NCBI RefSeq assembly: GCF_009914755.1
Contig: NC_060928.1
Source of the DNA: the human T2T-CHM13v2.0 reference genome, Homo sapiens
DNA: 64,000 nt
Reading direction: 5' to 3' (one strand)
In this document: positions 24,104 to 35,300 of the stretch, in pieces
Numbering within the stretch: position 1 is the first letter of the stretch
Layout of the letters: every line of letters begins with the position of its first letter
The notes under the pieces: model-generated
The model's input: only the letters and a program-made list of their open reading frames with translations
Told to the model about the DNA's origin: nothing
Databases searched by the model: none
Translations under genes and position numbers: made by a program

Positions 24104-26189
24104 CTTCATTTCTAATCATGTATGAGACCACCATCAGGGTCAGAGGAAATTCAAATAGCTTTTCCTCATAAAGTAATTTTGATTTATTACAATGATTAAA
24201 TTCATGGCTTGCTTTGGAAGGGAGTCTTTTTTATATCAGCTAGTCATTTGGGTCTAATTTCTTTTTTCTGTTTATATTGTTCTTCTATTTGAAAGATGTG
24301 TTAATACCTGCTATTTTGAAAGCCTCAGAAGCAGTTCCCAGCCTATATTTATATTTGTATATTTATGTATTTACATTTTACAATATAATGTGTATTTATG
24401 TATTTGTAATATATATTTATATTTTTAAAAATTTCTTGCTGCCATAGCCCAGGGATTTAAACTCTTTCCTTTCAACTTTCAATCAGCCATGATGCATGCC
24501 ATGTATGAGAAGTCCATCTCTAAAGAAAAGCTTCTTTTTCTCTTCAGAGAGAAGTTCACTAGTAGTTTTAATTTCAGTGATTTTACTGGTAATTATTTTG
24601 GGTAACATAAATTATAAAATAACAAACCTTAATGTGTTACGAAGCTTGATGAAATGTTACAAATATTGTTTCTCTATTTTTTCATATCTATAGTCCTTAA
24701 TTTTTTCCATATTTTTATTGAAAGGTATCCTCAACCAAGATAGCCATTCACTTACAGCTGCCCCGCCCCATGCAGCAATAGAGGATTTGTTATTATAAAA
24801 CATACAGACCCTAACTCCTAAAGTATAAAACAAGTTATGATACTAAAACTCTATGTCTACCTAGGTCTATAAAGACACTTTAGCTGTAGCTATACACTCT
24901 ATATCATTTTTTGTGTAGTAAACTCACTTAAAATTCCAAGTAATATAGCATAGCAATTGAAAGTATAGAACACTTCTGATGAAGTTATGGTTTAAAATTA
25001 GTTTAATAACATTAACTTCTTTTCAGCTATAGAAACATTTCATATAGTTTTCTTAACATAAGGATTAAATAAGTCTAATTTATGCTTGTAATAACAGATT
25101 TTTCCATCATTTGCCAAGTTACTGAAAAATATGTTTAAATCACTAAAAACATTCATACCAGACATTTAACAAATAAATTATAATTAACAAAATAATATTA
25201 AAGGTAGCATTTTTCTTTTAAAATAGTGTTACCCATAAATTAAACTGGCTGATTCTGAAATAGTATTCAAGAAGGTAAGTGATTCTGTTAATTTCATTAG
25301 AAAAATGTGAAATATAAATTGCTTATGAGAAAAATAATACACTGTAATTTTTCTTCTGTATGTTCTTTTATTTCCCAAACACAAAACTTGCTAACGTGTT
25401 TTTTAAAATGGCTAGGTAAAACAATTTAGAAAATTTTATATGAAAAACAAAGTTAGTGTTTGCATTAGAATCATCATTATTTAAGAAAAGTCCATTAAAA
25501 TTCAGTCTCTTATAGTTTATTATTTCAAGGTAGTACTTCTTTTACAGAACAGATTGTTCTTATAATGTTTCCATATTCTTGGTAAATTTTTTTCAATAAA
25601 CATGCTTTTACTTCTTTATCTCCTTTGCCTAATTACTTTCTGATTTTTAAGAGATCTGTAATATAGAGCTTGAAAATATACTCCAGATGTCTTCCATCTG
25701 ATGGTATTGTTCTGAAGTACAAAAGACAACAATTCTCTGTTATCTTTCAAAAATATTTGCCATAGAGCAGTATTATAAAATGAAATATTCACTCTAGTGT
25801 GATACAATAGCTATATATGGAAAAGAATGTTAAAATACTCACAAATAACATTTAAACAAATGCATGTTTATATTTGTATGTATGTATGCATTTATTTCTA
25901 TGGTCATGTTAAACTTTTTTTGCACAAATAACATGAAAATAAATTAGTGATATTCAGAAAATAGATGGAATATTAAATAGACAAACTCCAATCCATATAT
26001 TCTTTATACTTACTAGTAGTGATCACATATTGCATCCTTGGCCTAATATCTTTAATATTCAAATCTGCAACTTCTAAGTCAGGCAGTAGTTTTACATCAT
26101 CTTGGTAAATTTTCACTTTTCATAAGCCCTTCAATGTTAATTTTATCTTAGTTGCTTTATCTTGCTATATGATAGGTTCAGTAAATCCT

Positions 26190-26610
26190 TATCACTTCTC
26201 CTTCAGCTACCTTGGCTTCCTTGCACTTTAGTACCTATACACATTCCTATCTTAAGGTTTTCCATTTGCTCTTTAGGGGAACATTTTCCCCCCAGGTACA
26301 TCCTTGGCCAGCTCTCAAACTTCATGCAGGACTTTGCTCAAAAGTTGCACCCTGCACAGAGAACTTCCAGATCACTCTGGCCAAAACAGCACTCCTAGTC
26401 ACTCCCTACTCTTTTATTCTGCTTACTTTACTTCAATATCATTGATCCCCAATTGACATTATTTCTCAATGTTTATTATTAACCCCATGAGAATGTAAGC
26501 TTCATTGCTTCATGAGGCCAGGGATTTTGTTAGTTTTGTTTATGACTGTATCACCAGGTCTTAAAGCTTTACTTGGCACACTATCAGTGTTCAATGCATT
26601 TTAAATAAAT
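26190..26610 (+). mobile_element. L2 3' end
   Basis: gaatgtaagcttca...agggattttgt...tgtatcacca...ttggcaca...gttcaat..aaataaat. Confidence 0.75.
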
Positions 26611-28939
26611 AGGTGTGGTACTCATTTTTTATTTATTTTATTGCCATTCTGGGTTGCAAAGAAAATGGAATAGTTTGAAGAAATGTCGGTTTTTTTCAAA
26701 GTAAGAAGATGAAAGTGATGGGACTGAAGGGTAAACACACAGTAGATAAATCACAAGGATGATTGTGAGGGCACAATACAGGTTTTATATGGAAGTATGA
26801 AAATACTTTTACTTAGTAGAACTTTTGCTTTGATAAATTACTAGTTGTGCCTTAAGATCAACATAGGCTTAAATTTTAAACTTTCAATTAAAGATAAGGA
26901 AACAAAAGGGTCAAACTACAGTGGGCAAAATATTCATAAAAATATTGGAAGCCTACAAGTTTTTTGTACATATTGTATACCTCATGTAATTTTCAGATAA
27001 TAAACTTCATTCTGGGTATTGCATATTTACAATGGCTTAAGTCAGGAAATTAGGGGAACAAAGACAATGTCTACTATCTTCTAAAATAATATTTTTATCA
27101 ACTCTATAAAGATATTTGCATGTTTCCCATGAAATATTAGTGTGCCTTTTGGTAAACATTTCAAACATTCTACCTAGCCTCAGGAAAACAGAGTTTGTTA
27201 GAAACTAAAGAAATAAATGTCCAGTCAATAGAAAATATCATGAAAATATGTTATTGTCAAATTTGTGCTTACATTTTTAATAACGTTTTAAATCACATTT
27301 GGTGTCCAGTAACTTTTAGTGAAGCTCTATATTCTTATGCAGATTATGTAAAAATGCTACTTGCATAACATTCTGGGAAGAAGACTTAAAAAGTGTTATC
27401 TTCTAAAGATCATTTAAATATAAGCCTATGGAGCAATTATCCATGGATGCTTAAAACATCAGATGGTGGGAAAATCACCTCATGTTGTTCAATGGGAACA
27501 ATCTGGAGGCAAGTAGTGTGTAATTGTTTTATTACTTTTGGTTGAGGAGAAAATGCTCATCAGAATTTGATTACCTGCCCTAGCCTATACAGGCAGTTAT
27601 CAAGGAAAAAATATACACCTTGGCAAATTTTGCCTATTAGTTAAAGAAGTGCTTATGTTCAGTTTGTGTGTGATGTTTGAAGACAATTTAAAATTAGAAT
27701 CTTAGAGACTCTTGACATACTTTTTAAGATTCAAAGATTATATGAAAGAAGGAGACTCAAAAGAAATTCATGTTACATCCACTAAACAGCTGAACATCAG
27801 ACTTGAGAAAGAAAAAAAGAATTTTTATTCTCAAGCTGCTATGTCTTTGAAATAACTTACAAACACCAAATGGAAATCATTTTTGCCATATTTTACCCTT
27901 CGCAGACCAATCAACTACCTCAGAATAGACAAAGAAAAAGAGAGAAACAGAGAGAGAGAGACAGAGAAACAAAACCCTGATGTTATACTCATAATTCACT
28001 TTGGATTCTAGTTCTGGAACCAGTACCCCTAAATGAATCTAGAATGACTGTGCAAACACATGCTCAGGATTGGAATAGGTCACAACAACATTTTGTTCAT
28101 TCATCAAATGCTTGAGTGCCTGTCAGGTGTCTGGCATCCTTCTCAGACCTGTGGATACAGCAGAGGACAAAACAAATCACGACTCAACTCTAACAAAACT
28201 TACATTCTAAAAGTTTTTTGTGCTCCACTTTACTCAAACCACCAACCAGTGAATACTTCTGTTTTATTTGTATGTCAGCTTCTGCAACCTCATGATTTAT
28301 CTTATTTTCACTTGATGCTGTTTTTACTTTCTGTGCCATTGTTCCTAATTGAGAAACTTGTTTGGACTTACTCCTGCGGTTTTGTCATTAGAAATCTTGA
28401 TAACAGGCAGTAGCTAGACCTACTTCTTGTTTATCCTGATAGGGAAAGGTTCAGAAATGCATTTAATTATATTAAATGAGATCTTATTCATTTCTGATTC
28501 CTCTTTAAGACCTGAAAAAAATATAGGTATTCATTAAACTCTGAGGCTGTTAATACTTATAGCAGTCTTACATATTTCATACTATTTATAAGAGCAATTG
28601 AAGAAAAGCAATTGGTTAGGACAGGAGGCTAAGAGATTTGCCTTTGACTTGAACTGTATTTGTCTACTGTCAAGTCAATATGCATGGACATAGCGCTAGC
28701 ACTCCTTTATATGAATATAGTGTAATATTTATTACACAAATTTATAGACAGGCATAAAATTAGTATGATTTGCAGATTTACAAAAAATATGATTTTCCTC
28801 TGTAAATGGGGGTAAGAGTTGTTTGCTAGACATCATACTCTATACTATATACCTGGGAGTAATCTGTTTCTTTTGTTTGTTTGTTTTTTTATTTTTTATT
28901 TTTATTGTTTTACTTTACCTATGATCTGTGATGGGGAAG

Positions 28940-29540
28940 ACATCATCAATATTGGTGGTAAAGAGGGAGAAATTAAGATTTTGGTTAAATTTTCAACTTG
29001 TTATATTTGAGTTACTGATTTAGAATTCCAAATGGAATTGTCAAGCATTTAGTTATATATCCAAATCTAATAAGAGATGACCAGGTTTTAGATAACCTAA
29101 AGTTAATGGGGTCTTATGAACATATAGTTGGTATGTAAGCTTATGAAAGAGGATCACAAAGGAGAAAATGCAGATAGAAATGCTAGTCAGACTACCCAAT
29201 GATTTAGATGATGGGAAACTAAAGAGAAACTAGCAAATGGAGAATGATAATAAAAAATGGTTACTGTGATAAGAGTATCATCTACTAGGAGGTTGTGATA
29301 TCCTTAAAGCCAAGTGAAGATTTTGTTTCGAGAAGGAATAGTAAGTCAAATACTAATAGAGGTAAGATGAGAACTGAGAACTGACTGTCGGAGTTCAGTA
29401 CGTGGAGCTTTTTGATAACCTTGCCAAGAATATTGACTTATTTCTAGGAATAAAAGCCTGATTCAAGTGGAGTTTAGAAAGAAGAAAGGGAATGTTGAAG
29501 CCAGCAAGTACAGACAACTCTTTCTAGAAGGTTTCAGTAG
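28940..29540 (-). mobile_element. L2 remnant
   Basis: aagccaagtgaaga...gtaagatgagaactgagaactgac...gataaccttgccaaga...aaagcctgattcaagtgg...gtacagacaactctttc. Confidence 0.7.
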
Positions 29541-32500
29541 AGAGTGTTTGTGAGAAACAGGAATCCATTTATTCACAATCCGATTTTACTCTTCAAATGG
29601 GAGTTAATAAGAGTAGTTTCCTGGAAATAATATTCCGTAATATTTTAAAATATACGTGGTGATAATACTCTCCAATGTTTTTGCTGTGGAATTCACTCAT
29701 CTTTTATTATAGATTAAAATTATCTTTTTCTAAAACAAATATGACTCTTTTATATAAGTTTTATGTTAAGTGCATCATTCAAAGCCAGATAGACTATTGT
29801 CTCCAAAAATCACTAAGTTTTATAACTGCAGGCTAAGCATGTACATCTTGGAATAAATATACTTAACCTTTATATGCTTCATTTTCCTCATTTACAAAAA
29901 AACTGCTGACGAAATTACTTGCACAAAACTAGTTTGTAAATATCAGTTATTTGGCCTCCGTACAATCTTGCTAGAATTCCAGATGATACAAAAACATATT
30001 TTTTCTTCTGCTACTTTTTATTTCCAATGAATTCTGTAATGCTTATTTTGAAAGAAGAGTTTTCCATTAAAAACTTTTAAAAAACAATTACAAAATGGGG
30101 ATTTCAATTTCTAAGTCAACTCTGCAATTGTAAAGGAGTGGGATTTGGAAATAAGCTTGACATTCAAACCTCATAGTATTAGTTCCATTGCTGCTTACTA
30201 CAGGGATGTAATCCTCACAAAAATGCTATTTGATCTCAGGGAGGGGAAAAAAAGATAATGGATTGACCCTCCACACGAAACCGTAAAAGAGTGTTCTGGG
30301 TTGCTGCCATTCAAATGAATAGAAACCGGCAGCAATTCTAACACCTATCCAGTTTCAATTTTGTAACATCTGCAGGCATCATTCTGGAAATGGTAAACAT
30401 TTTAATGGTCAGACCCTGTCCACTTATGCATTACTATTTCCAGTATTATCCCCCATTTCTATCTGGAAACAGAAACTAAAATGTGACAGATTGCTGTGAA
30501 TGAAATGAATGAATGAAATGAATGGAGATGCCGCATCAGCAGCGGCAAACTCGCTCCTTTCCCATTCTTTTGTTGTCCTTCAGAGATCTCCCTTATTGCT
30601 TTGGAAAATTCAAGAGTCAGACACTACATTTTAATAATGTGGCTTGAACTCCAAGCATCAGCACATGAATTGATTTAAGAGCATCGAACAACTTTATAAT
30701 TGCAGTCGATCTCTGCCTTTTAAATACAAATTCATTCTGATTGAATTAAGATTGAAGCTGCACCTTTTTTGTAAATTGAATTTTTATAAATATAAAAACT
30801 TTAAAGTGTCTAGTATACACCCATTGAAATTCAGAAACTAAACAACACATTACTTGCTTTATATAAATTTAAGATTCAATGAACTAAAACCCTTGCATTT
30901 TCCTTGAATCCCTTGTATTAAAAAAATACGTTCATTTCACTCATTTGGTAACCATACCTAGAAGTGTCATATTTGGAAGATGATTCAATGCGTGTGCTGA
31001 GTGCATGAATACAATAATGCAACCTGGGTGCACACGCACATATTCTGTTTTTGTAAAAGTCTAAGGAAAAGAAACATTTTTTACTACCTCTCTATGTACC
31101 CTCAAACATACACCGAATTGTATTCTGGGTTATATAGTACTAGGAAACTTGCTGAAACATATCATCTCACTTGGTTGATCAATTAAAGGTGAACCATTAC
31201 TGCAAAACAAAGCCAAATGTGACACCACTTATATGTAAATTACAGTTCAAATTTTTCTCTGAAAGATATCCCTTTGCAATTTTAGAAAAAGACAATGTGC
31301 GAGAGATCTAAATCATATTAAGTATTATTTAAGGAAGATAAAACCTTATAATAGAGCTTTAATGGAGAATTTATTTATAGCCAAAATAAAGATATAAAAT
31401 AATAATTTTAGTGATGTATTTTCTTTCATTTGCCTTTTATCTTCTAAGGAAAATACATATTTCCCATCAAAAACAAATGTATTAGAAGAAAACATTAGAA
31501 AATTAATAGCATCTGACATATTGGATCAGCTTGGCAATCTATATTTTGCAACTCTAAAGGCTTAAATAATAATTACATAACAGGCTTTATAGTATGATTG
31601 GTAAAGTTGCTAGCTGTAGTTGAATTTTCCTGTTTGTTTTTAAATATATTTTTGTATTAAAAGCATTAGTTATCCAGATACAAAGATGGAGGCGCATTTA
31701 ACTTAAATGAGGAATACATGCCTCTATTGACTGGTTATCAGTATTTGCATTTTGAAGTTTTCCATTAAAGTAAACTTTAATAATATCAGAGAATACTCAG
31801 ATTTGATCTTACTAATAATTTTAATTTAAGCAATTAACACAGTGAAAGTCAGAATGTTTTATTTTGCATGTGATAAACTTGCCCAAAATTCTGCTTTCCA
31901 ACATAAATTCTGATGCACGAAAGATGTTTTACTTGTGAGAAGTTTTTTCCTTGGATTAATTTGAAGTTGTCATGGGTATTTTACTTGGATAGGAAAAGTT
32001 AGAAAATATACAGAAAAAAAAAAGAATCTTATTTCTCCAAAGAAACCTCTCATGAAGCCATAAATTGTTTATTTCTATTTATAGGCAACATTTTTCTTTT
32101 TATACAGCTGTGGGAATTAACAACCAACCAAGTCAGGGAAAGGAAAAACAACAGTAGCCTCTTTCGTGACACCTTTCAGTCATTTGAGTATTTAGATTGA
32201 TTGGTGGAACTACAATAGTGTTATTTATTCAGTGTGTGCGTGGATAAAGCATGAGACAAGGCCATACATCCTGTCCTAAATAAATATATGGTAAGGCATC
32301 TATCATAGCTAAAAATAGTGTATCCCTTCAATTCCCATCTGATTTTAAGTTATATACAAAATAGCATATGTTTCATTCAACCCATGCTTTAACTTAGAAT
32401 ATGTCACCATATTACTATCCAGACTAGCTTTGTCTCATTTTATAGAATTAAAAATATTCCACTTCTCCAGAGCTGTTTGAATTCTTGTCCAATATGATTC

Positions 32501-32824
32501 AGTCCATACAAATCTAATTTCACTTGAAAAGTTTTATTGTTCCTGCAAATACTAAGTAATGCCATTCCTCTCATTTAAAAATAACCCTGAACTCTCCAGA
32601 CCTCTATACATAAATTGACAAACACTATGTTAACTAAGTAGTTAAACAAAATAATTTCTATGCCAGTCAATAGTCTCCAAGAATACTGCGTGATTTCCTG
32701 CAAAATACATGATTTTACATAGGGAGTAAAATGACCTTCAAGATAAATAAAATGATATAATAATGTTATAAGTTTCTATCTTAACTGAGCTCATAAAAGT
32801 GCTATGAAACTAAAAACTGATTTA

Positions 32825-33005
32825 TGGAGAAGAAATTTTTACCTTGTCTGACTATAAGAATCACCTAGGACATTAAAAAAAAATGTTGATGTTCCTGATA
32901 CCCCAGCACAACTTAGTCAGAATCTCTGGATGTATAGCATGAGAATTATAATGTTTAAAAAGTTTCTCAGGTAATTCTAATGTCCAGTCAACTTTGGAAA
33001 ACTCC
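32825..33005. mobile_element. MER5-like hAT-Charlie MITE
   Basis: agaatcacctagga...tcagaatctctgg...ctcaggtaattctaatgt.cag..aactttggaaaac. Confidence 0.7.
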
Positions 33006-33770
33006 GCCTCAAAGGAAGAGTAATGATTTTGATTTTCCACTCTGGGCATCACTTATATAAGAGGTTTGGTTCAACAGCCAATCATGGAACAACTCAATAA
33101 GTTAAACCACAGCCAATCACGGAAGAAGTCAATCAGCTAAACGTTTGCTGAAGTTTTAAGTGATCTATTTCTCATATTATAGAATATCCAAATAATTTAA
33201 TGATATCAAAATGTAAACCAAATAATGATATCCATAAAAAGGCAAAAGGCAGAATTTGAACTTAATAAATGTTATTTTATATAATTTCTATATATATTTA
33301 AGTCTAAATATGTTTATAAGTACATGTAAAATGGTCTCTATTTTTCTACCTATATGGATGTATAATCCATCTATTTCTATATAGCTATATGATAGTGCAT
33401 AGAGAATATATAAAATATTTTTGGAAACATTAAAATATTATATTTGTATTTCTACATTGTTTATTTCTACAATTACATGTGGAAGGTTCAGAATAACCCT
33501 TGAAAACTGCTCTCCATGTTTGACATTCCTCTAATGTGGGGCATTTGGCCAGGTGTGGGCCGATACTTAATTTCTTAAAGTTCCACAGCAAGATTAAAAT
33601 ATAAATCATGATTTATAATTAAATAAAATATAGGTTATTCCATATTTATATCCCTCAAAATCTCTTGGTATGTTTATTAGATAAGGTGTCACTGCACTAG
33701 TATAGCAGAGAAAGCCACAGACTTATGAAAATTAGGTTTTTCCCAAAATATTTTTTGCAGTGATGGGTAG

Positions 33771-34149
33771 TGTACTTGTTTTCTAAGGTTGCCAAAATAT
33801 CACAGACTGGGTGGCTTAAAAAATAGAAATTTTCTTACAGTTTTGGATGCCAGAAGTTGAAGATCAAGGTGTCTGTAGATTTGGTTTCTTTCTTCTGAGG
33901 CCTCTCATCTCGTCTTGTAGATGGCCACCTTCTCACTGTCCTCACATGGTTCCCGTTTGTGCATTCTCTGTATCCTCACTTCCATTCCTTAAAAAGATGC
34001 CAATCATATTGATTAGGGCATATCCATATGACCTCACTTAAAATGTACTACCTCTTTAAAGATCACATCTTCAAATACTGTCACATTCTGATGTACTGGG
34101 TATTAGGATTTCAACTTGTGAATTTTGGGAGACAACTCAGACTGTAACA
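33771..34149 (-). mobile_element. MaLR solo LTR (MLT1A/B-like)
   Basis: cacagactgggtggcttaaa...gatcaaggtgtc...gtcacattctga.gtactggg..ttagga.ttcaac...taaca. Near-TSD ggtag/agtag. Confidence 0.85.
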
Positions 34150-34849
34150 AGTAGATAAAGGAAAATAAATAATCAGATCTATTGTTCTTAACTATTCTGT
34201 TTCCATGACTAGCTTTAAGAAATATATTCCAATATCAAGAGAAGTAGTAATATAGTTCATCGATAACTGAAAAGCAGTGTGTGAATGTACATGGAGGGAG
34301 AAATCAATTAATTTTGTTAGATTCTCCAAAATGCAAACCTTGCCATTTGTTTGTCATCAGGTGCAATTTGTCTATGAGCTGCTTTTTAATCAATTTTTTC
34401 CACATAATACTGATGCCAGCTGAGTTTTTCTAGGATCACCTATAGCATTCATTTGCTTTGATTAAATGCTTTAGGTACAACTGTTTTCCACATTTGCCTA
34501 GATATTGTAGCTTCTTTAGTGACATTCAAAAATACACTAAAAGTTTTTGCTAATATTTAAAATAACTTTATGAATTCTGATTCTAGTTACCCTTCCAGTA
34601 TCACCAATCAGAATCAAACAAACCGCTGGTCTCCTGAATGTGAATTTCTCTAGGCAGCCTCAAACTTCCCTGGAAGTTCTCAAGCTGGCCTTCTCAACAG
34701 AACTTTCTTTCTGAGCAAGCATCATCAGAGAGTGCTGATCTTCAAGAAGTACCTCCACTTGTTCCTTTCCTTTCCACCTGACCATTATCAGTTGAACAAA
34801 GGCAGTGACTCCTTGGCAGTCATCTAGGTGTTCTTTCTTGAGCAGCAAA

Positions 34850-34982
34850 GTTGGTGTAATCTAATAGCTTGTTAGATATTTGGAATCTCAGGTCCCATCC
34901 ACCACCTACTACATACAGCAGAATCCTCATTTTGAAAGGACTCTAAGGTGACCCATATGCCATATAAGCTTGGAAAGCTCTG
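34850..34982. mobile_element. MER5-like fragment
   Basis: gaatctcaggtccca.cc..acctact...cagaatc..cattttgaaagga.tc..aggtga. Confidence 0.55.
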
Positions 34983-35149
34983 ATCTTTGAGAAAATACGT
35001 TTCTCCGAAGCTCAGCACCTGTTTGAGGCATCTCTCCCAACTTGGTTGGTTAAACACCCTAGGTACCTGCCTAGTTATATTTGTGCTCACAGGCCAAAAT
35101 ATGGTGCCTCTTCCAAATTTCCAGTTCTCAAATATTTGTAAATATTTTC

Positions 35150-35300
35150 ACGTCCCTTTAGTTATCCTTTTCTCAGGTCAGCTTCTTTAGTTCCTTCAAC
35201 CATCTCTCATATAATGGGTTTCAGCTATCTTCAGACTTCAGCCATTTTCCTCAACATGATTTCAAATAAGTCAACATCTATGGCAAACTGCAAAATACCT
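35150..35300 (-). mobile_element. Probable L3/CR1 fragment
   Basis: cttttctcagg...ttccttcaacc.tctctcatat..tgg.tttc pattern resembles antisense L3. Confidence 0.4.

Noticed and set aside
25227-25280. Perfect AAG|GTAAGT donor with a possible 48-nt exon (a similar donor is at 8578-8586)
   Set aside because: Stops occur in all three frames, and about one such 9-mer is expected by chance in a window of this size.
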